Below, piece by piece: positions 48,994-57,930 of a stretch of 64,000 bases of DNA (positions are counted from its first letter, which is position 1; each line of letters opens with the position of its first letter). The stretch comes from a virus (lineage: Duplodnaviria; Caudoviricetes). The position numbers and the translations under genes are program-made. The notes below the pieces were generated by a model. It saw nothing but the letters and a program-made list of their open reading frames with translations, ran no database searches and was not told the origin of the DNA. The stretch spans positions 1 through 64,000 of the IMG/VR virus record IMGVR_UViG_3300020050_016625; one strand, given 5' to 3'.

Positions 48994-49350
48994 CTAATCG
49001 TCCCAAAGTGCTTCTGAAAATGTATCTAAATCATGGTTGTTTTTTTGGGGTTGTACTTTACCTTTATTTTCCAATTCAATAAGCATAGTAGGCTTTAATC
49101 TTTCTGCCATACCTGATTGATAATTTGAGTTAAACATACCTAAAATACTATCTACAATAGCACCTAATATATTTATTGCCCATTGAAAATAAAGCGTGTG
49201 CCTCACTTGTATATCATGCTCATCACTTAGTTGCTCATCAACACATTGCCGTATAATCTTACCTGCATCACTTCCCATTACTGCCAAAAAGCTATTATCT
49301 ACTATTGATAGATTCATAAACTTTGCGTACTTTGAATAAGCCTTATACAT
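48994..49350 (-). CDS. tail assembly chaperone, gpT part (reached by -1 frameshift)
   Basis: lies in the -1 frame of the upstream gene at A-AAA-AAG. Confidence 0.8.
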   Translation of the reverse strand: MYKAYSKYAKFMNLSIVDNSFLAVMGSDAGKIIRQCVDEQLSDEHDIQVRHTLYFQWAINILGAIVDSILGMFNSNYQSGMAERLKPTMLIELENKGKVQPQKNNHDLDTFSEALWDD

Positions 49351-49377
49351 CGCAACATGTTGCGTTATTTCTTTTTT
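49351..49377 (-). other. programmed -1 frameshift signal
   Basis: A AAA AAG (49377-49371), 6-nt spacer, palindrome CGCAACATGTTGCG (49364-49351). Confidence 0.8.
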
Positions 49378-49904
49378 CTGCTATCTGAAACCTCCTCTTT
49401 TTCGGGCTTTTCGATATTAAGTAAAATATACTGATATTCTTCCATAAAGCCGTTAGCACTAAGCAATTTAGCATACAAAGAAGCCCTGTTTTCTAATATT
49501 TCGCCACGTACTTCTATGTAAGGACAAATCGGTTTGCCTTCGCTATCACAAATGAAAATAGTATGTAAAAACATAGCTGCATTTGTGAGGGTAGAACCAT
49601 GCAATTCCGCTTCGTATTCAGTTTGCGGTTTTGCCTTGTAAGTCCAAAAGCCTAATGGGTCTTTAAATTCAGTTTCTTTTGGAATAGGCACATTCAAGTC
49701 TTCTTTCAAGTCCGCTAACTGCTTTTCTGCAAGTTTGAACGCACTTAAACGAATTTCCTTCTTAATATTCTCATACTCAAGAATTGAAATTTTAGGAATG
49801 AAAATATCGCCTAACGATTTATTTGTATCAATATTCCCATTCCTAATAACCTCATGTTTGTAAGGTACTAATTCGTACCCTGAAAAGTCTGTGATTCTTA
49901 ACAT
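49365..49904 (-). CDS. tail assembly chaperone gpG
   Basis: between major tail and tape measure genes; ends RKKK at the slippery site. Confidence 0.8.
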   Translation of the reverse strand: MLRITDFSGYELVPYKHEVIRNGNIDTNKSLGDIFIPKISILEYENIKKEIRLSAFKLAEKQLADLKEDLNVPIPKETEFKDPLGFWTYKAKPQTEYEAELHGSTLTNAAMFLHTIFICDSEGKPICPYIEVRGEILENRASLYAKLLSANGFMEEYQYILLNIEKPEKEEVSDSRKKK

Positions 49905-49922
49905 TTTGCGGTTGTTAATTTA

Positions 49923-51131
49923 TTATAGTTGTTGATTTTTGAGTGTCCATGAATAGCCCATGAATGTAGGATATGTTGGATTTTCCATTGTTCCCGCCCC
50001 TTTTCCAAAGTTATGCGGTCTCCATTCAGCACCCACATAAGGCAAAGTAATTACAGTCCAATTCAATGCAACCCATGCGCCTGCATACGCTGTATTACAT
50101 GTATAGTAGTCTCCATTATATTTCACAGTTTCTCCCACATAGTAGTATTGATTTGGCTTAAATGCAGGTGCGCCAGTTGGTAGAATATATACAAGTGTAA
50201 GTGAATCGCCATCGGCAGGAGCAACTGCTAATGTAAGTTCGCCCGTTGCGTAATCATAGCTAACAACCTCGTCTTGTGTAAGCGGTACGCCATTTCTGCA
50301 TATCTCTACAAACCAATAAAAGGGGTCTGTTACATCGTAAGGATTTACGCCTAAAGGTGTTTTTTTATCATTAATAGGACATAATGGCAAACCTGTACCA
50401 GATGGCAAAGATGCGCCTAATAAAGATTCATTCCCATTACCTACTTTAAAAACAGTAGTAGTGCCATCTGGCGCAAAAGCATTGATAATTGTACCGCCTA
50501 AATTCTGATTGTCAAGAAAGTTTTCCATAACAACCATTTTTCCGTTTGCAGTAGGAATAGCACGCCCTTTTGATTCGATTTCTACCGTATATGTCTCTTG
50601 TTCCGTAGCCATATTTGTAATCCAAACACGACATTGTGTAAGAACCTTTGATGTTCTCATTCTTTTTGAATCATTTGTGCTATGCACAATTAAACACCCT
50701 CTAATACCATAATCACCTGCGATAGGCATACTTCCACTACTTAGAAAACCACCGTAGGGACTACCTGCATGGCTTGAAAAGTCAAAACCTACAATAGCTG
50801 CAATACCTTGTATAGCATCACCCTTAACTGTTAATGTAGTTTTGTAATTATACCCCCTATTTGATTTGTAATTTTCTTTCCCAACCTCAACACTTTCCAT
50901 TTCATCTAATGCCTCACCTGAAATGGGGGCAATTTCTGCTAAATGACAAAGTATGCCTTGCGTAAAAAGCAAGTTAGGGTAACGTCTTGATTGAAAACCA
51001 CCATAAAGACCAAACAAAACGGCTGCATTTTGCTTTTTAGGGGTGTAATTATCACTTGCTATATTTGGGGTAGGCTCAAATGTTGCGTAATTATCATACG
51101 GCGTTATTTGGGCTGTATCTTGGTTTGTCAT
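49923..51131 (-). CDS. major tail protein with C-terminal accessory domains (CBM5/12-like)
   Basis: synteny; PAFKPNQYYYVGETVKYNGDYYTC..W resembles CBM5/12. Confidence 0.65.
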   Translation of the reverse strand: MTNQDTAQITPYDNYATFEPTPNIASDNYTPKKQNAAVLFGLYGGFQSRRYPNLLFTQGILCHLAEIAPISGEALDEMESVEVGKENYKSNRGYNYKTTLTVKGDAIQGIAAIVGFDFSSHAGSPYGGFLSSGSMPIAGDYGIRGCLIVHSTNDSKRMRTSKVLTQCRVWITNMATEQETYTVEIESKGRAIPTANGKMVVMENFLDNQNLGGTIINAFAPDGTTTVFKVGNGNESLLGASLPSGTGLPLCPINDKKTPLGVNPYDVTDPFYWFVEICRNGVPLTQDEVVSYDYATGELTLAVAPADGDSLTLVYILPTGAPAFKPNQYYYVGETVKYNGDYYTCNTAYAGAWVALNWTVITLPYVGAEWRPHNFGKGAGTMENPTYPTFMGYSWTLKNQQL

Positions 51132-51134
51132 ATA

Positions 51135-51647
51135 CTAATTATGAAAATAAAGTTTAAATCTTATTAAAAACTCGAAATTAAAAATACCACACTCATCACT
51201 TTGCTTTGCTGTACTACGAATATCTATATTATTTATACCAAAATCTCCAAGCATTGCATTTGTAACTGTAACTATTCCATTCGTGAGCGTATCGTAAGTA
51301 AATGATAATGCAGATTCTCCAAACAAATAAGAAATTGCAGATTTTACAGTATTAAATTCAGGAATAAAAATATCTTTCTTCCTAATAATACCTATGATAA
51401 AATCAGATTCTGTAAATATTTGGCAATTTGAATCACTGTCTTCATTTACATTATCACTATACAAGTAAAGTTGTATATTTGACTTGTGTTCGCACTTATA
51501 TAACTTTCTGCCGTTTACAACATTATACATTCTTTCTGGATTTGGCAATCCTACAAAAGCAGGGTTCGGAGGGTTTATTGCATCGCAATTTAATACAGAT
51601 TCAATAACCTTACCTAACTCACTATCTAATTGCCATCTATTAATCAT
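51135..51647 (-). CDS. putative tail terminator
   Basis: size and position before the major tail gene. Confidence 0.55.
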   Translation of the reverse strand: MINRWQLDSELGKVIESVLNCDAINPPNPAFVGLPNPERMYNVVNGRKLYKCEHKSNIQLYLYSDNVNEDSDSNCQIFTESDFIIGIIRKKDIFIPEFNTVKSAISYLFGESALSFTYDTLTNGIVTVTNAMLGDFGINNIDIRSTAKQSDECGIFNFEFLIRFKLYFHN

Positions 51648-52036
51648 GTAAACGGATTTTTATAAACATATTTTTTGCCGTAAATCTTTTTCGCCTCCTC
51701 TTGTACTGTTTTTACTATATTGCCACCGTATAAGGAAATTGCCATATCTAAATAGCTTTTTCCATACTTACCTTCCGACCATGCAAGAACATACTTTGTG
51801 TAGTCCATTTCAGAAAAAACAACTGCTTTGTAGTCGTGCGTTTCTGCTTTTGTACCTTCTCTTAGTCTGCCTGTCCTTACACCTACATACTGACCGCTAA
51901 TAATATCCTCACGTATCTTTCTTGCTAAATATTCGCTTGCATCTGTAATCATCTGCTTTACAAAAGCATTTTGATTCACTCTTATTCGTGCCTCAAATTG
52001 CTCTGTATTTAGCTTAAATTTAGCCCTCAATGCCAT
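51644..52036 (-). CDS. HK97 gp10-like tail completion protein
   Basis: VRTGRLR and YTKYV motifs; ATG at 52036. Confidence 0.65.
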   Translation of the reverse strand: MALRAKFKLNTEQFEARIRVNQNAFVKQMITDASEYLARKIREDIISGQYVGVRTGRLREGTKAETHDYKAVVFSEMDYTKYVLAWSEGKYGKSYLDMAISLYGGNIVKTVQEEAKKIYGKKYVYKNPFT

Positions 52037-52127
52037 ATCTGTATGATTATAAGCGCAAAAATATAGTGCTTGCTTGTACATTGTACAACTTACAAGCAAT
52101 AGCTATAATTTTGCATTAAAAAATACC

Positions 52128-53477
52128 ATATTTCAATTTATTAGATTTACAAATAGGCTGCTTAGATACCTAACAAGTGTCGATATAAGCAATATTATGG
52201 CAAATATGCAAGCCACATACTTTGATGACTTGCCTTTTAGTGAGGATAATAGGGTAGTATATTGCTTTCCAAAGGAATTAGCATTGCAAATATCTGGTAT
52301 AGAAACAGCCGCTTTGGTAGGACTTGCTACAAAGAATGGTAATTTTGAAACCCTTAGCGCAATTGGTACGCCTAACAATGCAGAAATAAAAACCTTTAAC
52401 TTCGGAAATAAGCGAATTGAGGCTGTAATGTTTGATACAGCCCCTTTGAGTGCTTTTCAAATAGAGTTTAGCCATTCAAATTACGATACTTTATCTGCAT
52501 TTTCAGATTATATTAAGCCTAAATTAGCAAGTGGGAATAGTACCGTAATAAATAATTTCTCCTCAAATGGAAATATAGTTTATTTCGATTTAGCTGCAAA
52601 TACTTCTATCCCATCAAGTGCTTTTGGGGAAACCGCAGACGTTATTAATGTTATTGATAGTGCAGGGCAAATAACGGCAATAGGTGATTATTGCTTTGAT
52701 AGTTCTTATATTGTTAGCGTAAATCTTCCTTCTGTAACTGAAATTCCTGTTGGTGCTTTTTCATATTGCGATAGACTAACAGATGCAACTTTTGGTGCTG
52801 TAACGGATATTAATACTACTGCATTTGCGTATTGTACAGCCCTACAAACACCTACTTTTTTCAATACAGTAGTTACAATAGGTGCGGAGGCTTTTTTGAA
52901 TTGCACTACGATTGATTATGCAGTTTGTCCTTTACTTGAAACGGCGGGCGCAAGTGCCTTTAAAGGTTGTACTACATTAGAAGGTTTCGCATTTGATGTA
53001 TTGCAGGTGTTTGAAAATAATGTATTTGAGGATTGTACTGCATTGTTTGAACCTACGGCTGATAGCATAATAGAAATTAAACATAGTGCATTTAAGGGCT
53101 GTACAAGTGCAAACGTTTTTCCGTTTGATATGGCACAAAATATTGGCGATTCTGCATTTGAAGGCTGTATTTCATTAGATAACGCACACTACACAGCCGC
53201 AAGTGCAATAGGCGCAAGGGCTTTTCATAATTGTAGTGCCTTAGAAGTGATTAATATTGAAGCTGCTACATCGGTGGGAAATAATTGCTTTGATGGGTGT
53301 ACAAGTTGTACGCAAATACGCATGAACTCCGTAACATCTTGTGGTAATAATTCTAATAACAATAGCGTATTTGATAATATGACTTACGTAGGATTAGCGG
53401 TTTATATTAATAGTGCTATTGCTTCTGATTTAGATATAACTCAAATACAATCAGCAGGGGCAAATGTGTTTTATTAA
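52128..53477 (+). CDS. BspA/LRR_5-type leucine-rich repeat protein, paralogue 1 (start codon uncertain)
   Basis: repeated IGxxAFxxCxxL units; N-terminal domain shared with paralogues. Confidence 0.85.
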   Translation: MFQFIRFTNRLLRYLTSVDISNIMANMQATYFDDLPFSEDNRVVYCFPKELALQISGIETAALVGLATKNGNFETLSAIGTPNNAEIKTFNFGNKRIEAVMFDTAPLSAFQIEFSHSNYDTLSAFSDYIKPKLASGNSTVINNFSSNGNIVYFDLAANTSIPSSAFGETADVINVIDSAGQITAIGDYCFDSSYIVSVNLPSVTEIPVGAFSYCDRLTDATFGAVTDINTTAFAYCTALQTPTFFNTVVTIGAEAFLNCTTIDYAVCPLLETAGASAFKGCTTLEGFAFDVLQVFENNVFEDCTALFEPTADSIIEIKHSAFKGCTSANVFPFDMAQNIGDSAFEGCISLDNAHYTAASAIGARAFHNCSALEVINIEAATSVGNNCFDGCTSCTQIRMNSVTSCGNNSNNNSVFDNMTYVGLAVYINSAIASDLDITQIQSAGANVFY

Positions 53478-53576
53478 TAGAATAATGTAAAAATAAACGC
53501 AAAAGATATATTGCTTATATGTGCGTTGTACAACTTGCAAGCAATAGATATACTTTTGTATAAAAAATATAATACT

Positions 53577-54935
53577 ATGCAATTTTCAAGATTTGTTGAT
53601 AGGGCTATTAGGTATGTAGGGCATGTTCCAGTTGCTGACTACCTCGAAAGAATGAGAGATGTTTATGACGAGGATTTACCCTTAGACGAGAATAATAGAG
53701 TGCTTTACTTTTTTCCGCAGGAAAAAGCACTTGAATTAGGCGGTAAGTCTGATAGTGTATTAGTAGGATTTGCTTCAAAAAATGGTAAATTTGAACGACT
53801 ATCAAATTTAGGTACGCCTAATGAGGGTGAAATAAAAACAATGCGAATAAATAGAAAAACTATTGAAACAGTATTGTTTACGCCCTCTTATACAGAAGGC
53901 GCAATTTACATGTCATTCACAAGTGGCGATTATAGTACACAATCTGCATTTGAGGCTTACATAAAACCAAAACTCAATTCTGGTAATGAGGCTGTTATAA
54001 TGAATTTTAGTAGCGAGAGTAATATGATAGCCTTTAATTTACAACGTCCTACTGGCTTTAGGGTAAATGCCTTTTTGAATGATACGGAAGTAATTGAAAT
54101 AGTTGATTGGGCGGGACAAATACAGTCATTAGGCGAAAATTGCTTTAGAAATGCAACATCGCTAACTGGAACATTACTACCAAGTCTTACATCTATTCCA
54201 AAGAACGGATTTTTAGATTGTACTAACTTTGTAAATAACTATTTTGGCGAAAATTTAATATCATTAGGCGACAATGCTTTTAAAAACTGTATAGGCTTTA
54301 TTCCTTCTCCAAGTTTCGGAAAAACAGCAACTATTGGCGTTTCTGCATTTGAAGGCTGTAATGCAATAGAAACAATAAATATGCCTAATTTGGTCAAAAT
54401 GGGTGCAAGGGCATTTAAGGATTGCGGCGCTTTACTTTCTGTTGAATTTGAATCATTACCAACTATTAGCGAAAGTGCATTTGAGGGTTGCATATTGCTT
54501 GAAACCGCTAATGTAGTGAACGCAATTACTACACAGAAGAATTGCTTTAAAAATTGCTATGACTTGCACGTTATAAACATGGCTAATTTGGAAAATGTAG
54601 CGGAATCTGCTTTTGAAGGTTGTAGTTCTATGACTGCTTTTGATTTTACGGTTGCTTTAACGGCAGGTGTAAACGCATTTAAACGCTGTACATCTGTTAC
54701 TAATGTAGATTTACAAAATGCCACAAGTATAGGTAATAGTTGTTTTGAAGGCTGTACTGCCGCAACCTTAATCACTATTTGGGCTGCTACTACATTAGGC
54801 ACAACGACCGCAAACAATAGGGTTTTTTACGGTTGCACTTATTCAGGATTAAGGATAAATATAAATAGTTCTATTCAAAACGATAGCGATATTTTAGATG
54901 CGCAAGCAGGGGGCGCAAATATCGTAATAGACTAA
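53577..54935 (+). CDS. BspA/LRR_5-type leucine-rich repeat protein, paralogue 2
   Basis: repeated AFEGC units; ATG at 53577 after TACTTTTG. Confidence 0.88.
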   Translation: MQFSRFVDRAIRYVGHVPVADYLERMRDVYDEDLPLDENNRVLYFFPQEKALELGGKSDSVLVGFASKNGKFERLSNLGTPNEGEIKTMRINRKTIETVLFTPSYTEGAIYMSFTSGDYSTQSAFEAYIKPKLNSGNEAVIMNFSSESNMIAFNLQRPTGFRVNAFLNDTEVIEIVDWAGQIQSLGENCFRNATSLTGTLLPSLTSIPKNGFLDCTNFVNNYFGENLISLGDNAFKNCIGFIPSPSFGKTATIGVSAFEGCNAIETINMPNLVKMGARAFKDCGALLSVEFESLPTISESAFEGCILLETANVVNAITTQKNCFKNCYDLHVINMANLENVAESAFEGCSSMTAFDFTVALTAGVNAFKRCTSVTNVDLQNATSIGNSCFEGCTAATLITIWAATTLGTTTANNRVFYGCTYSGLRININSSIQNDSDILDAQAGGANIVID

Positions 54936-54949
54936 TTTTGCTTAGATAT

Positions 54950-54985
54950 AAAAAACGCTGCATAAATCAATATGCAGCGTTTTTT
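54950..54985. terminator. bidirectional intrinsic terminator
   Basis: AAAAAACGCTGCATA..TATGCAGCGTTTTTT; arms match the terminator at 11147. Confidence 0.85.
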
Positions 54986-55028
54986 GTTTACGTGTTTCTT
55001 AGAATCAATACAGACTTTTATGTAGCTA

Positions 55029-55334
55029 TTATCTCAATTTAGATACATGACTTGTTTTTTCTTTTGCGCAGAAATGTGTTGATTTGACTACACCATCGCC
55101 CTGCTTAAACTCCCTTATTGCAAATGTATGCCCATCGTCATTTGTTTGTGTATAATGGCAGTCATACCAAGTGCCATCGTTAAAATGTACACGTTCCCTA
55201 TATTTACCATTACGTGTATCATTCCCCAAAGAATCTGTACCAAACAATTCGTATGTATCGCTATTATCTATATAGTTTTGTGAGAACCCCGAAATAGCGA
55301 AAAACAAAAACATAATAAACAAATACTTTTTCAT
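55029..55334 (-). CDS. small exported protein
   Basis: MKKYLFIMFLFFAISGFS-Q signal peptide; AAC-N16-CGTT at 55390-55368. Confidence 0.7.
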   Translation of the reverse strand: MKKYLFIMFLFFAISGFSQNYIDNSDTYELFGTDSLGNDTRNGKYRERVHFNDGTWYDCHYTQTNDDGHTFAIREFKQGDGVVKSTHFCAKEKTSHVSKLR

Positions 55335-55421
55335 AAAAATGGTTATTAAGTGTGTAATAAGCATTTTAACGAAAAAGTATTTGTTTTGTTTTTAAGATAA
55401 TTATATCTACATAAATATGTA

Positions 55422-55913
55422 TCAATATAAAGGTAGTTCTAATTTTGCTTCTTTAAAATATGCAGCATATTTATTTTTACCCTTAAATACAAAATCAACA
55501 TGCTTATTAACGTAGTTTGTGCGGAAAATACGTACATTATCATTTGAAACATCGCCAGTTACTTGCATTAACTCTAATATCTTTTGCTCAAAAATAGGAC
55601 GTATATGTGCAGGTATTTCTGTAATTCTATCACCTTTGAATCTATCAATAGGATATTCAATATTTAAACCCGTTTTTGCGCCTAATGCCTCAAATATCTG
55701 AAATAAACGCTCCAAAGAAACGCTGCGAATAGCAACGCCTTTTTTGTTTTTGGTAGTATTTGCGCCCTTAATAATATTTGCCACTGTTGCAGCAGAAATA
55801 TTAATACCCTTATCCTGCATGACTTTTGCTACTTTCACATACGTTGTACGCTGTTCCTTATAGCATGTTTGTATTTTAGCGGTTAAACCTGCTTTTGTTT
55901 CTTCTATATTCAT
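55422..55913 (-). CDS. XRE/Cro-like HTH transcription regulator
   Basis: VAKVM..ISAATVANIIKG..SVSLERLFQIFEALG. Confidence 0.7.
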   Translation of the reverse strand: MNIEETKAGLTAKIQTCYKEQRTTYVKVAKVMQDKGINISAATVANIIKGANTTKNKKGVAIRSVSLERLFQIFEALGAKTGLNIEYPIDRFKGDRITEIPAHIRPIFEQKILELMQVTGDVSNDNVRIFRTNYVNKHVDFVFKGKNKYAAYFKEAKLELPLY

Positions 55914-55936
55914 TTTGTAATTAAATTAAACCTTAT

Positions 55937-56022
55937 AACGAAAAGCATATAAATAATGTTTTAGACTACATGTTTATGTGGTTTCAATATAAATACAAAA
56001 CCTTCTGCATAGTTAAGTCGTA
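55937..56022. promoter_or_regulatory. divergent ECF-type promoters flanking an operator
   Basis: minus AAC-N17-CGTT (55960-55937); GACTACATGTTTATGTGGT (55964-55982); plus AAC-N17-CGTA (55999-56022). Confidence 0.6.
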
Positions 56023-56046
56023 TTAGTATCATAATCAAATAATATT

Positions 56047-56451
56047 ATGACAAAGTCGCAAATTTTTACAACTGCATGGGATAGAGTGCGCAATACAGGT
56101 TGCACAATAGGATATGCACTTAAACGTGTGTATGGTAGCTTGCGTTGTAAGAAATTTGCGACTGTATATAGCAGCAAATTGTTTGATATGTTTCATAGTG
56201 TTGAAAAGGGAATTGCTAAAAATAATGTTGCTGCTTATTCAATTGCGCAAAAAAATGTAGTTGCTGCAAAAGAAGTATTAAGAAATATGTATAAGTACAT
56301 GATTACAAATAGCGATTTGGCAAATATCGTAATCATAACAGCCCTAAATACAATAGCAGGTATAGTAAAAAGCATCGAACTACCTTCTATTGAAAAGTTG
56401 TACAAGGCTGTAAACACCGCACTTAGTGAGGGTTTTATTTGTCAATTTTAA
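56047..56451 (+). CDS. hypothetical protein
   Basis: ORF after the promoter. Confidence 0.7.
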   Translation: MTKSQIFTTAWDRVRNTGCTIGYALKRVYGSLRCKKFATVYSSKLFDMFHSVEKGIAKNNVAAYSIAQKNVVAAKEVLRNMYKYMITNSDLANIVIITALNTIAGIVKSIELPSIEKLYKAVNTALSEGFICQF

Positions 56452-56716
56452 TAAATGTTTTCCTTACGTAGCCTACCCCTTTGTACTCCTCAAAAGTGTA
56501 GGTTATTGCCTCGCCCCTATATATTTCGTGGCACAAAATAGCCCTGCCATTTGCAATAACCTCAACAGTAGGTTTTCCAAAAACAGCATCAAATTGATAG
56601 ATAGTTATGCTATCCATAACAATTTCAGATGTTGCGCCCACTTTTATGGTAGTAGGCGTTTGCGCTGCACAACTAATTGTAGCAAGAGATAAAGACGTAA
56701 AAATAAATATTTTCAT
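56435..56716 (-). CDS. putative lipoprotein/exported protein
   Basis: MKIFIFTSLSLATISC-AAQ. Confidence 0.6.
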   Translation of the reverse strand: MKIFIFTSLSLATISCAAQTPTTIKVGATSEIVMDSITIYQFDAVFGKPTVEVIANGRAILCHEIYRGEAITYTFEEYKGVGYVRKTFIKIDK

Positions 56717-56764
56717 ATTTGTATAATTATATAGGTATAACCAAGTAGTAGGCAATTTGTTTGT

Positions 56765-57022
56765 ATAAAAAAAACACACGACCTACACAGCCGTATGTTT
56801 CAGAAATAGAAAAAAATGAAAATTCCAAAAAAGCGCAACCCTGCGAAGGGTTGTTTTATTTACATTGTGTAAGGTAACTTACACAGTTATATGTTTCAAA
56901 AGTGAAATGCAAAGACACCTAAAACTTTTTATGAAAAAACATACAACCTACACAGCCGTATGTCCTCTATATAAAAAAAATTATGAAACGAAAAAAAACA
57001 GAAAACTCAAAGCACAAAGATA
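56765..57022 (-). ncRNA. candidate array of small hairpin RNAs
   Basis: TATCTTTG promoter (57022-57015); three copies of ACATAYRRCTGTGTARGT; U-rich units. Confidence 0.4.
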
Positions 57023-57109
57023 CGACTTTTATCTGAAACACAAAAAAAACATCAAAATAAATATAAACAATATTACATATATAGCTGTTATATAAGTAAA
57101 TATAGCATT

Positions 57110-57655
57110 ATGACAAAATATATATATCATAGCACATTAATAAATAGGGGTTGGACAAAGAAGTCAATAGACTTATTTCTACCAACACCCGATAAAACCG
57201 TTCCTAATCCAAATTACAAGAAAACGACTTCAAAGTTATACGACCTATCAAAAGTTGAAAGTATTGAGAAATCGAATGAGTTTAAGTTATTTCAAGAAAA
57301 GAACGCAAAAAAAGTACTTGGCAGCCAAAAGGCAGTTGAAACAAAAAGGGTTGCATTAATAAAATACATAAAAGATTTAGTTATAGAAGTTCCGCAATTC
57401 GATAAAGAAACCATTACGCAAAAGGCTTGCGACCATTACAATAGTGGTTACAATCGCTATGTAAATCAACCTGCAACGCCTGATTCAGATACGGGTTTCT
57501 TGAATAGAATCACATTGAATTTTTTGAGGCATACTATGACTGACTATGAAAAACAATTAAATACCATTTGGGGCAAAGTAGGGAATAGTGAGGCATATCA
57601 ATTATTGAAAGAAAAGGTAAATAACGCTATCAAAGAAAAATATAATTGGTTATGA
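57110..57655 (+). CDS. hypothetical protein
   Basis: 181-aa ORF. Confidence 0.75.
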   Translation: MTKYIYHSTLINRGWTKKSIDLFLPTPDKTVPNPNYKKTTSKLYDLSKVESIEKSNEFKLFQEKNAKKVLGSQKAVETKRVALIKYIKDLVIEVPQFDKETITQKACDHYNSGYNRYVNQPATPDSDTGFLNRITLNFLRHTMTDYEKQLNTIWGKVGNSEAYQLLKEKVNNAIKEKYNWL

Positions 57656-57930
57656 AAGAGTTTTTTAAACAACTATGTAAGAAATATCCTGACTTAAAAT
57701 TAGGATTGATTATCGAAAGTAATAAGGCTTTATGTATCGAATCTTTGTCTTACAAAGGTAATTTACATACTGCCATTACAAGCGAAATTATAGCCTATTT
57801 TAAGACACTTAATTTAGCTGCCATAATTATAGTAAAATGCGATTTTGATTTAACCTTGCATGGATTTACATTGCTGCAAAATAATTCGTATGAATACACT
57901 AATAAACTAAATTTCACATGGAACAAATAA
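57646..57930 (+). CDS. hypothetical protein
   Basis: coupled ORF. Confidence 0.6.
   Translation: MVMKEFFKQLCKKYPDLKLGLIIESNKALCIESLSYKGNLHTAITSEIIAYFKTLNLAAIIIVKCDFDLTLHGFTLLQNNSYEYTNKLNFTWNK

Noticed and set aside
56781-56963. CRISPR mini-array
   Set aside because: Repeats are 18 bp with unequal periods (96 and 69 bp), linkers are low-complexity, and no cas genes are present.
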